Assembly (NCBI GenBank): GCA_963839315.1
Contig: CAWIUU010000024.1
Location: 129,631-193,630 of the forward strand
Length of the DNA: 64,000 nucleotides
DNA from: Candidatus Acidiferrales bacterium
Lineage (GTDB): Bacteria > Acidobacteriota > Terriglobia > Acidiferrales > UBA7541
Direction of reading: 5' to 3'
Shown: positions 36,202 through 47,004 of the stretch, one piece after another
Position numbering within the stretch: the first letter of the stretch is position 1
How the letters are laid out: every line of letters begins with the position of its first letter
The notes under the pieces: model-generated
What the model saw: the letters and a program-made list of their open reading frames with translations, nothing else
Databases searched by the model: none
Told to the model about the DNA's origin: nothing
Made by a program: the position numbers and the translations under genes

Positions 36202-36678
36202 ATGCCCGAGTTCTCTGTTAAGCCACGAGTTGCGCTGGGTTCCGATCACGCCGGCTTCCCAATTAAAGAGACCATCCGGCAATTCCTGCAAAACGCGGGT
36301 TATCCGGTCGATGACCTGGGTACCTGGTCTGAAGAATCCGTGGATTATCCCGACTACGGCAAGGCAGTGGGCGAATGCGTCGCCGCGCACAAGGATGTTT
36401 TCGGGATCGCCGTATGCGGCACGGGGATCGGCATCTCCATCGCCGCGAACAAAGTGCACGGGATTCGCGCGGCGGTGGCCCACGACGTCAGCACCGCCCG
36501 CCTGGCGCGCGAACACAATGACGCCAACGTTCTGGCACTGGGAGGCCGCATAGTGAACGGCAGCCAGGCCATTGAAATGGTCCAGACCTTCTTGAATACC
36601 GCGTTTGTGGGGGGGCGGCACTCGCGGCGCGTTGAAAAGATCACGGTAATCGAGCAAGATGAAAGAAAGAAGAATTAG
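36202..36678 (+). CDS. rpiB: ribose-5-phosphate isomerase B
   Basis: GSDHAG, VDYPD, CGTGIG, HNDANVL, GGRH. Confidence 0.95.
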   Translation: MPEFSVKPRVALGSDHAGFPIKETIRQFLQNAGYPVDDLGTWSEESVDYPDYGKAVGECVAAHKDVFGIAVCGTGIGISIAANKVHGIRAAVAHDVSTARLAREHNDANVLALGGRIVNGSQAIEMVQTFLNTAFVGGRHSRRVEKITVIEQDERKKN

Positions 36679-36741
36679 CTTGAAAGACTGCTTGCGAGAG
36701 CCGCGTTGCTCCCCGCACGTTGAAGCCTTTGAGGAGACCCA

Positions 36742-38040
36742 ATGACCACGGAAGCGAATCGTAGAATGCAACGTTCGCTGGATGCCGTCGATCCACAGAT
36801 AGCGAACCTTCTTCGGGATGAGGCGCGGCGGCAGGCCACGGGCCTGGAGCTGATCCCTTCGGAGAATCTTGTCTCTGAAGCAGTGCTCCAAGCCATGGGC
36901 TCCATCTTCACGAATAAATATGCCGAGGGTTATCCGGGCAAGCGCTACTACGGCGGTTGTGAATACGCGGATAAAGTCGAGCAATTGGCCATCGACCGAG
37001 CCAAGCAGCTTTTTGCCGCGGATCATGCCAATGTCCAGGCACACTCTGGCACCTCTGCGAACGTGGCGGTCTATATGGCGTTGCTCCAGCCTGGCGATAC
37101 GGTGCTGGGCATGGCACTTTCCCATGGTGGGCACCTGACTCATGGGCATCCCTTAAATTTCTCTGGGCGGATGTATAAGTTCATCGAGTACCATGTACGC
37201 CGCGATACCGAGCAGATTGATTACTCGGAAATTGAAGAACTGGCGCACCAGCACAAGCCAAAAATGATTGTGGCAGGAGCCAGCGCGTATTCGCGGATTA
37301 TCGACTTCGCACGAATTGCCAAGGTGGCAAAATCGATCGATGCGCTGTTCTTTGTCGACATGGCGCACATTGCGGGTCTAGTGGCCGCGGGAATTCATCC
37401 TAGCCCAGTGCCGCACGCCGACGTGGTCTCGACGACAACGCACAAGACCTTACGTGGACCTCGCGGAGGGCTGGTGCTTTGCCGCTCGGCCCTGGCGAAG
37501 GAGATCGACAAACTCACTTTCCCGGGAACGCAGGGAGGCCCGCTCGTCCATACGATTGCCGCAAAAGCGGTTTGTCTGCAGGAAGCAATGGAGCCGTCCT
37601 TCAAGGAATATCAGACGCAGGTGGCGGCAAACGCGAAAGCCCTCGCCAATGCCATTTCGCAACGGGGCTTCCGAGTGGTGGCGGGTGGCACAGACAATCA
37701 CGTATTTCTTATCGAAGTGCACCCGCGCGGCATTACGGGGAGCGATGCAGAAAAGGCCCTGGACCGCGCTGGAATTACAGTCAATAAAAATTCCATCCCA
37801 TTCGATCCTCTTCCGCCGATGAAAGCGGGCGGCATTCGTCTTGGCAGCCCGTCGATCACGACGCGGGGGATGAAAGAACCGGAAATGGAACAGATTGCCG
37901 GATGGGTAGCAGAAATTCTTAGCAACATGGGCAAACCGGAAATTGAGCAGAAGGTTCGCAAGCAGGTTGCAGAATTGGCCTCGCGCTTTCCGATCTATGA
38001 ATCGCGCATGAACGGTTCGGCAGTGCACGCCGGCGTCTGA
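36742..38040 (+). CDS. glyA: serine hydroxymethyltransferase
   Basis: [42 protein letters not shown]. Confidence 0.98.
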   Translation: MTTEANRRMQRSLDAVDPQIANLLRDEARRQATGLELIPSENLVSEAVLQAMGSIFTNKYAEGYPGKRYYGGCEYADKVEQLAIDRAKQLFAADHANVQAHSGTSANVAVYMALLQPGDTVLGMALSHGGHLTHGHPLNFSGRMYKFIEYHVRRDTEQIDYSEIEELAHQHKPKMIVAGASAYSRIIDFARIAKVAKSIDALFFVDMAHIAGLVAAGIHPSPVPHADVVSTTTHKTLRGPRGGLVLCRSALAKEIDKLTFPGTQGGPLVHTIAAKAVCLQEAMEPSFKEYQTQVAANAKALANAISQRGFRVVAGGTDNHVFLIEVHPRGITGSDAEKALDRAGITVNKNSIPFDPLPPMKAGGIRLGSPSITTRGMKEPEMEQIAGWVAEILSNMGKPEIEQKVRKQVAELASRFPIYESRMNGSAVHAGV

Positions 38041-38136
38041 GAGGACCCACAAAAGGATCGCGCTTGAAGCTTCCTCGCATCTCGTGCTAAACCATTGCTC
38101 TCGCAGGAGCCGCACCTTCCTGCAACCCCTTAGCTC

Positions 38137-39267
38137 ATGACCGCTAAAGTTGATCTTCCCGATATCGTTCGAGCCACTGCTGATTTCGAGAGGTGGGCGT
38201 CGCGGCACGTGAAGCTGGTTCCGTCCGACGTCAAGTTGAAGCACCGCAACATGGCGCTCTCCGCCTTTCCCTTCCTCCGCGCCACATTCTACCGCTGGGC
38301 GCAGTGGTGGCCGGTGGTCTGCCCGGAGTTTGCCAGAGCCCCGCAAGTTTTGGCCGTCGGCGATCTGCACGTTGAGAATTTCGGGACCTGGCGCGACCTG
38401 GAAGGGCGGCTCATCTGGGGCGTGAACGATTTTGACGAAGCGTGGCCGGCGTCTTATGCCGCAGATCTGGTGCGGTTGGTGGCGAGTGCTTACCTGGCAA
38501 TCGACGAACAACATCTCGCCATTACCCGTAAACAGGCACGCGAAGCAATGGAAGAAGGATACCGCGACGGAATCGCACACGGTGGGCGCCCCTTCGTGCT
38601 TGCCGAGCATCACCGGTGGCTACGATTAGTTGCGCTGAGCAAGCTGCGCGATCCGGTGGTTTTTTGGCAGAAAATGCGGGCAGGTCCCAATTACAAGGGC
38701 AAACTTCCCAAAGATGTGTTGAAACTGGTGCATCGCTCGATGCCGCTGAGAGCCATGAATTATGAATTCAGGTCGCGAATCGCGGGTCTTGGCAGCCTGG
38801 GGCATCCACGCGTGCTGGCATTGGCAACCTGGGATGGCGCGCACGTCGTGCGCGAAGCCAAGCAGCTCACGCCTTCCGCCTGGATCTGGGCGCGGCGGCT
38901 GAGCAGCGCGCAAATCCTGAGCCGCAAGCTCACTGAGTCGGCCGTGCGCGTGACCGATCCCCATGTACATTTTGCCGCGCACTGGATCGTCCGCCGCCTC
39001 GCTCCCGATTGCTGCCATATCGAAATCCATACCCTGCCGGAGGAGCGCGACGAAGAGCGGCTCGCCTACTATATGGGATGGGAAACCGCCAATATCCACC
39101 TGGGATCGAGCAAGGCAATCTCCGCGGTGAAGCGCGACCTCGCCAAACGAAAGGGGCGCTGGCTGCATAAATCGTCCAAAGCTATGCTGAAAGCCACGCT
39201 GACGGACTGGAAATACTGGCGGCGCAATTGGCAAAGGCAGACGAGCAAGAAACAGCTGGCAATTTGA
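38137..39267 (+). CDS. DUF2252-family kinase-like protein
   Basis: FLRATFY, GDLHVENFG, NDFDE, AGLGSLG, REAK. Confidence 0.85.
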   Translation: MTAKVDLPDIVRATADFERWASRHVKLVPSDVKLKHRNMALSAFPFLRATFYRWAQWWPVVCPEFARAPQVLAVGDLHVENFGTWRDLEGRLIWGVNDFDEAWPASYAADLVRLVASAYLAIDEQHLAITRKQAREAMEEGYRDGIAHGGRPFVLAEHHRWLRLVALSKLRDPVVFWQKMRAGPNYKGKLPKDVLKLVHRSMPLRAMNYEFRSRIAGLGSLGHPRVLALATWDGAHVVREAKQLTPSAWIWARRLSSAQILSRKLTESAVRVTDPHVHFAAHWIVRRLAPDCCHIEIHTLPEERDEERLAYYMGWETANIHLGSSKAISAVKRDLAKRKGRWLHKSSKAMLKATLTDWKYWRRNWQRQTSKKQLAI

Positions 39268-39576
39268 AAGGTTCTGTTGCCGCTTGCAGCACGTTTTAGG
39301 GGACGAGCGAAGTTCGTGGTCATCTTTCTCCTCAACTTTTTGCAATTCCGGCTGTTTTTCCTGCAAAAAGAGTAGAACCAACAGCCCTTGTCCCACGACT
39401 GTCCTCCGGGTCAGTAGATTCTAATCATTGAAATCCGTAGTTTAGTCAAAGACCGGTAAATGCGAACTCCTGCGGCATTCTCGTCCACGACCTTCAGTTT
39501 GCAGTTGGCATTTGGCCAGTTGTGTACCTTGAAGGTAGCTGCTTCGGGTGGGTTGCCTGTATGAAGAGGTGGGATC

Positions 39577-40038
39577 ATGATGGATACGGAAGCTTTCCGA
39601 GAGTTCAAGACTGGATTGACTTATTTGCGCGATAATTCCGCGACTCGCGCCTTGCAACACATCCAGCGCGCTGCCGATCTGGAGAAAAACAACCCCTATT
39701 ACATGTCCTATCTGGGAGTTGCACTGGCGCGTACGTACCAGAAATGGGCAGACGCCGAACGCATGTGTGATACCGCGGTACGCATGAAACGCAATCAGGC
39801 CCAGCTGTATCTGAATCTTGCGGAGGTCTACCTCTCCTCGGGCCGACGCGAAGATGCCCGGGAAGCCCTGCTGGCAGGAATGAAATATGCTCGTCGCGAC
39901 ATTCGCTTGAATATCGCGATGGCAAAACTGACGCCACGGCGCGAGCCGGTCTTTACGTTCCTGGAACGCAAGCATCCGCTGAACCGCCATTTCGGGATGT
40001 TGCGGCATAAAACGCTCCAGGCATTCGGTAAAGATTAA
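39577..40038 (+). CDS. TPR-containing protein
   Basis: YMSYLGVALA and LYLNLAEVY TPR-like helices; GAGG RBS upstream. Confidence 0.75.
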   Translation: MMDTEAFREFKTGLTYLRDNSATRALQHIQRAADLEKNNPYYMSYLGVALARTYQKWADAERMCDTAVRMKRNQAQLYLNLAEVYLSSGRREDAREALLAGMKYARRDIRLNIAMAKLTPRREPVFTFLERKHPLNRHFGMLRHKTLQAFGKD

Positions 40039-40083
40039 AACCGAAGGCCACGAAAGACGCGATTTTCCCCAACCCCCCAAACG

Positions 40084-40127
40084 CAGGAAGGGCGGATGGC
40101 CACAAGCCATCCGCCCTTCCTGTTTTT
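40084..40127 (+). terminator. rho-independent terminator
   Basis: Perfect 17-bp stem CAGGAAGGGCGGATGGC/GCCATCCGCCCTTCCTG, 5-nt loop, followed by TTTTT. Confidence 0.9.
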
Positions 40128-40417
40128 ATCGTATAAAATAGAGACTTTATCGCTTGGGTTTACTCTGGGATTACCTTCTTTGAAGTTGGCGGGACTTTAT
40201 TCCGTGCCTTCCAGCCACGCCGCGGCGATGTCGATCACGCAACTTCCGCTTGTGTGCGACGAGTGCGCCGTCGCGCCGGCATTTGGCAACAATCTCGTGG
40301 ACCCGTGTTGGTTCATTAGAAGGTCCCGAATGCCCTTAAGACGAGTTTTGGCTTGCTCATTCACGTTTTCGCGCCTTTAGCTAAGAGGAGGACCCACGCT
40401 GTCGCAGAGATAAATCT

Positions 40418-40744
40418 GTGTCCGCAAAATGGACAAACACGTACGTTCAGACCGACGGTTTCTTGGCAGGCTGGACACGTCTTCATTACGGCCAATGTAT
40501 TCTTAGCGTTTCGTGGGTGTCAACAACGCAGGGATCCACTCGCTTGAAACCCCAAAAGCCGACCGAAAAAAAATCCGCTACTGAGTCCAAATCCACCTCG
40601 GAAACCGCGAAGCAAGTAAATCCAGTCAAGCCAATACACAGTTCAATCTCCTCAGAGAAGAAGTCGTACACCCATGACTGCGCGATGTGTCACGGACCAT
40701 CTCATTCGTCACCAGATAGGCCCTCAGAACTACGTTCCTCGTAA
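40418..40744 (+). pseudogene. c-type cytochrome fragment
   Basis: NPVKP..KKSYTHDCAMCHG (CxxCH), then immediate truncation. Confidence 0.55.
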
Positions 40745-40757
40745 TTAAGGCAGCTGT

Positions 40758-41063
40758 CTATTCAAGTTTTCGACCAAGGGAATGGTTTCGGGACCTGGTG
40801 CAAGTTTGTACCCCTTCTTCGATTTGCATAATGTCCCCATCAAAGCTGTAAAAACCGACTTGCCATTTATCGTCTCGTTCTTCTTCGAATATCCGTATTA
40901 CCGCAAAATCGGGGACCCTGCCCTTGGCCATCGTTGGGAATTGCAACCCAGCGTACCGGACCGAACACAGTTTCAAGAGGTTTCTGCTCTCTTCACATGA
41001 CAATACCGCGCGCAATATGCCCAAACCGTTGTTGGCCAAACTGGAGTAGTAGATGATTGGCAT
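40758..41063 (-). CDS. hypothetical protein
   Basis: 101-aa ORF from MPIIYY; no motif recognised. Confidence 0.4.
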   Translation of the reverse strand: MPIIYYSSLANNGLGILRAVLSCEESRNLLKLCSVRYAGLQFPTMAKGRVPDFAVIRIFEEERDDKWQVGFYSFDGDIMQIEEGVQTCTRSRNHSLGRKLE

Positions 41064-41289
41064 GGTTCGCTTAGGCCAAGCATGTCTGGCTTGATCCAGA
41101 TACCGGCTATATACTAATGAACTATATAACCTTAGTAGATATGAGAGGACCTGAGATGGGAATTGGGTTCTTCTAGCTGGAGCAGATTGACTTCCCATCT
41201 GTTGTTGCAGTAATAGCTGGTTTGAGTATGGACGCGGTGCGCGAGGTGTCAAGTTCATTCGGTTGACTTGTTGGTTGTCTGCTTGGCAT

Positions 41290-41805
41290 ACATTAGGCGG
41301 CACTTCTAATTTGGCGGCAGAACGAATCGGTATTCACGCGATTTTCGGCGCTTTCCTTCTCGGTACCGTGATTCCGCCCAATTCCGTGTTAGCGCGTGAT
41401 ATTCACGTGAAGTGTGAAGATCTGGTCGTCGTGCTCCTGTTGCCCATGTTTTTCGTCTTCACTGGCATGCGAACTCAGATCGGTCTGCTCCATGGAACTC
41501 GTGATTGGTTGGCCTGTATTTTGATTATCGGCGTGGCGTCGCTCGGTAATGCAGCTTCACGCCATTCCGAACCTGTCCGCCGAGCAGCAAAATAAACTGC
41601 CTCCGAATCGCTCGGCGTCTTGATGAACACACGCGGCTTGATTGAGCTCATCGTCCTCAATGTTGGGTTGAACCTGGGCGTGCTTTCGCCGGCGCTATTT
41701 ACGATGTTCGTGTTCATGGCCGTGGTCACCACCCTGGTGACCACGCCGATACTGCATGAGTTGTTGGAATCTCGCGGTCGATTCTCGGATCAAACCGTAA
41801 GATGA
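41290..41805 (+). pseudogene. cation/H+ antiporter (CPA2) C-terminal fragment
   Basis: [42 protein letters not shown]; lacks the N-terminal half and is interrupted near 41550-41600. Confidence 0.8.
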
Positions 41806-41862
41806 ACCAGAACGTCTAAGGCAAGCACAAATCAGAGCTTACGCTTGTCACTTGGACGTGTA

Positions 41863-41913
41863 GTCGCGTACTCGGAGATGAAGTAGTACTTCAAATTGAC
41901 GGGAACGGCGTTA
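41863..41913 (+). repeat. partial copy A of the dispersed ~60-70 bp repeat
   Basis: GTCGCGTACTCGGAGATGAAGT matches 53745 GTCGCGTACTCGGAAATCAAGT at 20 of 22 positions; also carries AACGGCGTTA. Confidence 0.6.
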
Positions 41914-42064
41914 CCCGGCACTTGAGGACTGGAGGTCCCCGACGAAGGCTTCTCCGGGGTTATAATCACGGCTACTTAACACACGGAGGTAGTTGTTTTG
42001 GTATCAGGGTTTCTCTCGGTACTGGACGGACTTTAAGCAATCATCTGGACGATGGAGAGAACCG

Positions 42065-44560
42065 ATGCGCTCGCAGGCAGGAATCTCATCGCAGCAGTCA
42101 GATATTGAAACCATCATGAAGTGGTTTTCGCGAGCGTCTGCGATATTGAGCATCCTGGTCGGCCTGCTTGTGCTGGTGGCGTGGAAACTCGCTATCGTGA
42201 TGGTGATAACCGCTGGCAGCAATCGCAAAGGCATGGCTAGAAGCACGGCTCTTGCATTGATCCTGAGCGGAGCCTCGCTCCTTGCCATGCAGGACGCGTC
42301 TTCCAACCGGAGGATCCGACGGCTTGGAACCGGCGGAGCTGTGCTGGCGATCATGATGGGCACTGCTACGCTCCTACGTTTGGTCGGAGCCTTACCGCCG
42401 TACCTTGATGAAAATCTTCTTTTCGGGCCACTCCCCGTGGGGGGCACCTTCTTGTCTGTTCAAATGTCTCCGAACACAGCAGTCTGCCTGATTCTGGTCG
42501 GTCTTTCCTTGGTGTTCATGAATGTGCAGGTCGGCCGCTGGCGGCCTAGCCAACTGTGCGCGCTCTCTTCGGCCGCCACTTCGCTCGCTGCGTGCATAGG
42601 GCATGCCTATGACGTCAGAGCCCTCTATGGAATCGCTGGGTATGCGAACATGACCGTCCATACCGCTATCACTCTGCTGATTCTCTCCCTCGGTCTTCTA
42701 TTCGCCAGGCCTCGCGCTGGCATGATGAATATATTCAGCCAGGAAGGGCCAGTCGGAACGCTGGTGCGCCGCTTTTTCCCCGTTGCCATTGCGGTCCCGA
42801 TCATTGGCGGATGGCTTCGTCTGAAGGGACAGCAGGCAGGATGGTATGGCACAGAAGCAGGTGCAGTGATCGATGCGACCCTGGATGTCATCCTTCTGTT
42901 GCTGTTTCTTTATGTGGCGATGGCATCACGCGCCGTCGCCGAACGTAAATTCCACGGTCTGCTCGAGAGCGCGCCCGACGCAATGGTAATTGCCGACGAT
43001 CGAGGCAAAATCGTACTCGTCAACGCACAGACCGAGAAACTCACTGGCTATCGACGCGAAGAGTTGGTGGGCAACCCCGTCGAAATTCTGATTCCAGAAC
43101 GGTTTCGCAAAGGGCATACCGCCAGCCGTGCAGGCTTTTTCTATGACCCCCGCACGCGCCTGGGTCTAGAACTTTACGCTCGCCGCAAAGACGGAACGGA
43201 GTTTCCGGTGGAGATTAGCCTTAGCCCGTTCAAGACGGATGAGGGAGTTCTGGTCTCCAGCGACATTCGAGACATCAGCGAGCGCAAGCAAGTGGAGGAT
43301 TCGTTGCGCCAGAGCACCGCGGATCTGAAGGAAGCGCAGCGCGTTGCCCGTCTCGGGGCATGGACACTGGATCTGAAGACGGACCAGGTGGCATGGTCCG
43401 AAGAGATGTATCACATGCTGGGTCTCGAACCATCGCTCCCGGCCATTCCGTTTTCCGAGAAGGCGCGACTCTTCGCGCCGGAGAGCTGGGCGCGGCTCAC
43501 TACCGCGTTGGATCATACCGTACGCACGGGGGAGCCTTACGAACTGGAATTAGAGACGGTGAGCCACGACGGAGGTAGGGGATGGATGTTGGCACGTGGA
43601 GAACCGGTACGGGATGTGAACGGAGCTATCACGGCCCTTCGTGGAGTAGCCCTGGACATCACCAAGCGCAAGCAGGCGGAGTTGGCATCGCAGGAGAGTG
43701 AGACGGCGTTTCACACTCTGGCAGAAAACGTGCCGCAGTTGGTGTGGATGTGTCTGCCCGATGGTCTGAACATCTACTTCAATCAGCGATGGGTGGATTA
43801 TACCGGACTGACTTTGGAGGAGAGCTATGGGCGAGGCTGGAATACTCCCTTCCATCCCGACGACAAGCAGCCCGCCTGGGACGCCTGGAACCGCGCGGTA
43901 GCGACCGGCGGCAACTATCAGATCGAATGCCGTCTGCGGGCGGCCGATGGCAGTTATCGCTGGTTCCTCACGAAGGGAGTGCCGCTACGAGATGTCACCG
44001 GCAAGATTGTCAAGTGGTTTGGAACTTGCACCGAAATCGACGACCTGAAACGGACCGAAGAATCGCTCCGCGGCCTCGTCCTTCTCGATGATCTCACAAG
44101 CCTGCACAACCGCAGAGGTTTTTTGGTGCTGGCCGAACAGCAAATGAAGGTTAGTCGAAGGACTTGTTCCCCTTTCCTGTTGATATTTCTCGACGTCGAT
44201 GAATTAAAGAATATAAATGACACTTTGGGCCATGCAGCGGGCAGCAGAGCAATTATCGAAACGGCGGACATCCTTCGCTCTTGCTTTCGGACGAGTGACA
44301 TTTTGGCTCGCTTTGGCGGAGACGAATTTGTTGTGCTGGCCGTCGACACGTCGGCCTCGGCTGAAGCAGCGCTGCTGGCTCATATCAAGGAAAAATTGGC
44401 GGCAGCCAACTCGGAGCCCAATCGAACGTACCGCCTTTCGCTCAGCATCGGCGTCCTGCCATGCGACGCGACAACGCAATCCTCCCTTGACGAGCTGTTG
44501 GCAAAGGTGGATTCACTCATGTATCAGGACAAGAGGAGCAAAGCGGTTGGCGGGCTATGA
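42065..44560 (+). CDS. membrane-bound PAS-domain diguanylate cyclase
   Basis: Multi-TM N-terminus, three PAS/PAC domains, DDLTSLHNRR and ARFGGDEF. Confidence 0.93.
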   Translation: MRSQAGISSQQSDIETIMKWFSRASAILSILVGLLVLVAWKLAIVMVITAGSNRKGMARSTALALILSGASLLAMQDASSNRRIRRLGTGGAVLAIMMGTATLLRLVGALPPYLDENLLFGPLPVGGTFLSVQMSPNTAVCLILVGLSLVFMNVQVGRWRPSQLCALSSAATSLAACIGHAYDVRALYGIAGYANMTVHTAITLLILSLGLLFARPRAGMMNIFSQEGPVGTLVRRFFPVAIAVPIIGGWLRLKGQQAGWYGTEAGAVIDATLDVILLLLFLYVAMASRAVAERKFHGLLESAPDAMVIADDRGKIVLVNAQTEKLTGYRREELVGNPVEILIPERFRKGHTASRAGFFYDPRTRLGLELYARRKDGTEFPVEISLSPFKTDEGVLVSSDIRDISERKQVEDSLRQSTADLKEAQRVARLGAWTLDLKTDQVAWSEEMYHMLGLEPSLPAIPFSEKARLFAPESWARLTTALDHTVRTGEPYELELETVSHDGGRGWMLARGEPVRDVNGAITALRGVALDITKRKQAELASQESETAFHTLAENVPQLVWMCLPDGLNIYFNQRWVDYTGLTLEESYGRGWNTPFHPDDKQPAWDAWNRAVATGGNYQIECRLRAADGSYRWFLTKGVPLRDVTGKIVKWFGTCTEIDDLKRTEESLRGLVLLDDLTSLHNRRGFLVLAEQQMKVSRRTCSPFLLIFLDVDELKNINDTLGHAAGSRAIIETADILRSCFRTSDILARFGGDEFVVLAVDTSASAEAALLAHIKEKLAAANSEPNRTYRLSLSIGVLPCDATTQSSLDELLAKVDSLMYQDKRSKAVGGL

Positions 44561-44679
44561 GCAGGTGAACCGTGGGGTTTGCCAGTGCGAATTCCTGATA
44601 AGTGGCGGGTACTCAGAAACTTGAAATGAAGCTGTGAAGAAACCCTCTGAATTTCCATCTTGCAAAAAAGGAAGTCTGC

Positions 44680-45206
44680 CGTAAGCTCAGTTCTTCTGGT
44701 GCCATAGTAGCTCTCAGTCTCGCTGCCAGTTCCACTAATCGCGCTCCATCTCCAACAACAGCGTCTGCGGTTTCCGCACCTGCCGCGCAGACGCAAGCGG
44801 CACCATCGAACCAAGGATTTTCAAAGCAATTTCTAAACGCTGGAATCGAGCAGATGTCCACACTGCGTGAATGGCACGCCGCCCTCGACTCCGCCATCCA
44901 AAATGGAGTCCCTCTATCGGCAGGCCTGCTTGCTCCGTATCGAGCGCAAGCCGCCACGAATCTTCGCCTGGCCGAAGTCGCTGCTGTCACACCTTCCGAT
45001 CACAGTGCCTCTCAGCTTTTGAACAAAGCATTTCAGAACATGACAAAATCGCCGATAAGTATGTCAACATGCGCGCCAACATGACTTACATCTCGCCAGA
45101 CGCGCTGCAGAATGACGGCCTGAATCAGCGCCTCATTGCCTGCGGCCGCTCGCTCAGATCAATGGCGACAAACGGGCAATTTGTTGATGACGGTTCGTGC
45201 GATTGA
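44680..45206 (+). pseudogene. 5'-truncated, frameshifted hypothetical protein
   Basis: Continuous reading ..GIEQMSTLREWH.. shifts near 45045 into ..ADKYVNMRANMTYISPDAL..GQFVDDGSCD; no clear start. Confidence 0.45.
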
Positions 45207-45398
45207 GTGTGGAGGCAGCTAGATCGTAACTCCCGGTAAGTCGATTATTACCGGCCAATATTCTTAATCACACTCCTAAAAGCTGGACGCGAGAAGGGTT
45301 ATTCTCTTTCAGTTGGATTTTTGTTTCAGAAGGAAGGAGCTCCGCTTCCGGCTCAGATCTTGTCGGGTCAATGCCAGGGCAGAGCTCCATGAAGTACG

Positions 45399-45929
45399 AT
45401 TCTGTTTATCCCACTTTGCGGACCGCTGCACAAGCTCGAAACGGATTGGGCCGCGAGCTGCGCCGAGGTTATTCTGCGGCGATGCCCAGCGTGTGAAATT
45501 GACTCGATCATCGGTCACGGACGCCGCCGCAAGCAAGCGCATGATGAGCATCACGATTGGATTGGCATTCGTCGCGGTCGCTGTCCCGGTTGCAAGAGGA
45601 CCTTCACCTTCCTGCCGCTGCTTTCTCTCCCGTACACGCACTACAGTGTGCTGACGCGCTCTCAAGCATTGCAGCGGCGCTTTGTGAAGCACTGCTCCTG
45701 GGAAGAGGCCGCACCTATGCTCAAAGATCCTAATCGCTTGCCCGATCCTTCCACACTCCGCCGCTGGGCCAACGGCCTGGACTGCTCCCAACCGGCTCTT
45801 TCCTTTCTCCGTCAAACGCTCGCTCGCGTGGCTCACTGGTTAGCGCGTGGTGATCCGACCGATCAGGCAGCTGGGCCTTGCTCTTGGCTGACTCTGATTC
45901 TGCAAATTCTTTGGCCCTTGCGGCTCTGA
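45399..45929 (+). CDS. DUF6431-like zinc-finger/HTH protein (non-canonical start)
   Basis: Frame open from 45393: ILFIPLCGP..RRCPACEIDSIIGHGRRRK..IRRGRCPGCKRTFTFLP..YTHYS..PDPSTLRRW. Only the C-terminal part appears in the ORF track (45648-45929). Confidence 0.7.
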   Translation: MLFIPLCGPLHKLETDWAASCAEVILRRCPACEIDSIIGHGRRRKQAHDEHHDWIGIRRGRCPGCKRTFTFLPLLSLPYTHYSVLTRSQALQRRFVKHCSWEEAAPMLKDPNRLPDPSTLRRWANGLDCSQPALSFLRQTLARVAHWLARGDPTDQAAGPCSWLTLILQILWPLRL

Positions 45930-46011
45930 GAAATTTCCTCCTGCCCACCATCCTTGCCTGGGAATGCTGGCGGCCTTCTCCTACGTTGGCTTCCAGAGGG
46001 AAAACTGCGCC

Positions 46012-47004
46012 GTGGGCGAGGATGTCGAAAAACTGAAACAACGTCTGCCGCTGCTCGATTATTTGCGGCAGCAGAGTTGGACCGCCCGGCCTATCGCTTT
46101 CGGCCCCGAGTTCGTTGGACTCTGCCCACTGCATCCGGAAACCCGGCCTTCGTTCTATGTCAACGCTCGCAAAAATCTCTTCTACTGTCACGGTTGCGGC
46201 CAGGGCGGCGATCTGATTCGCTTTGTCCAGCTGTCCCGTCATCTGTCCTTTCGCCAAAGTGTTGCTTACCTCGAGCAGCAAAGCACTGTTCCAACCGACT
46301 CTGTCGCCGTGCTCGAGCAAGCCGCGATTTTCTATCAGCAGCAACTCGAACGCCACCCCGAGGCACTGCGCTATCTTCAGCAACGAGGACTGCGTGATTC
46401 TGCTCTGATCAAAGAACTGCGGATTGGCTATGCTCCTGGCGGGAGCCTGCGCCGTCATCTCACGGTTCAAGGCTATTCCTTCGATCTCCTGCAGCGTCTC
46501 GGCTTGCTCAACCCACAAGGCTGCGACGCTTTCTACCGGCGCGTCATCTTCCCGTGCTGCCAAGGCGGACACATCGTCAACCTCTACGGTCGCGGTATCG
46601 CTGCCGCCTTCGCCCATCAATTTCTTCCTGGCTCCAAGGGTGGCTTGTTCGCCTGGGAATCGGTTCGCCAGTTTCCCACAGTGATTCTGGTTGAAGGTCT
46701 GTTCGATCTCGCGGTGTTGTGGCAGGCAGGTTTTCGCCACACCACCTGTTCATTGGGCACTCATCTCAACGCTGAACAGTTTCAACAACTGTGTGACCGT
46801 CCGCGCACTATCTATCTCACCTTCGATGTCGACGCCAACGGCAGTGGCCAACAAGCCTCACAGCAGCTAGCACAGCGCCTCCGCTCGCAAGGCATCATCA
46901 CTCGCCGTGTCATCCTGCCCGATGGCCACGATCCGAACTCCTTCTTCGTCCAGGGTGGTGATGCGCGACAGTTCCACTCTCTCCTGGAGGTTGCTTCGTC
47001 ATGA
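46012..47004 (+). CDS. DnaG-like primase (CHC2 zinc finger + Toprim)
   Basis: GLCPLHPETRPSF..FYCHGCGQGGD; Toprim LVEGLFD and FDVD; LPDGHDPN. No C-terminal helicase-binding domain. Confidence 0.9.
   Translation: MGEDVEKLKQRLPLLDYLRQQSWTARPIAFGPEFVGLCPLHPETRPSFYVNARKNLFYCHGCGQGGDLIRFVQLSRHLSFRQSVAYLEQQSTVPTDSVAVLEQAAIFYQQQLERHPEALRYLQQRGLRDSALIKELRIGYAPGGSLRRHLTVQGYSFDLLQRLGLLNPQGCDAFYRRVIFPCCQGGHIVNLYGRGIAAAFAHQFLPGSKGGLFAWESVRQFPTVILVEGLFDLAVLWQAGFRHTTCSLGTHLNAEQFQQLCDRPRTIYLTFDVDANGSGQQASQQLAQRLRSQGIITRRVILPDGHDPNSFFVQGGDARQFHSLLEVASS

Noticed and set aside
40788-40800. GGACCTGGT as the displaced tRNA-Ala 3' fragment (island attL)
   Set aside because: Only ~9 nt match with discordant flanks, inside a possible ORF; not distinguishable from chance.
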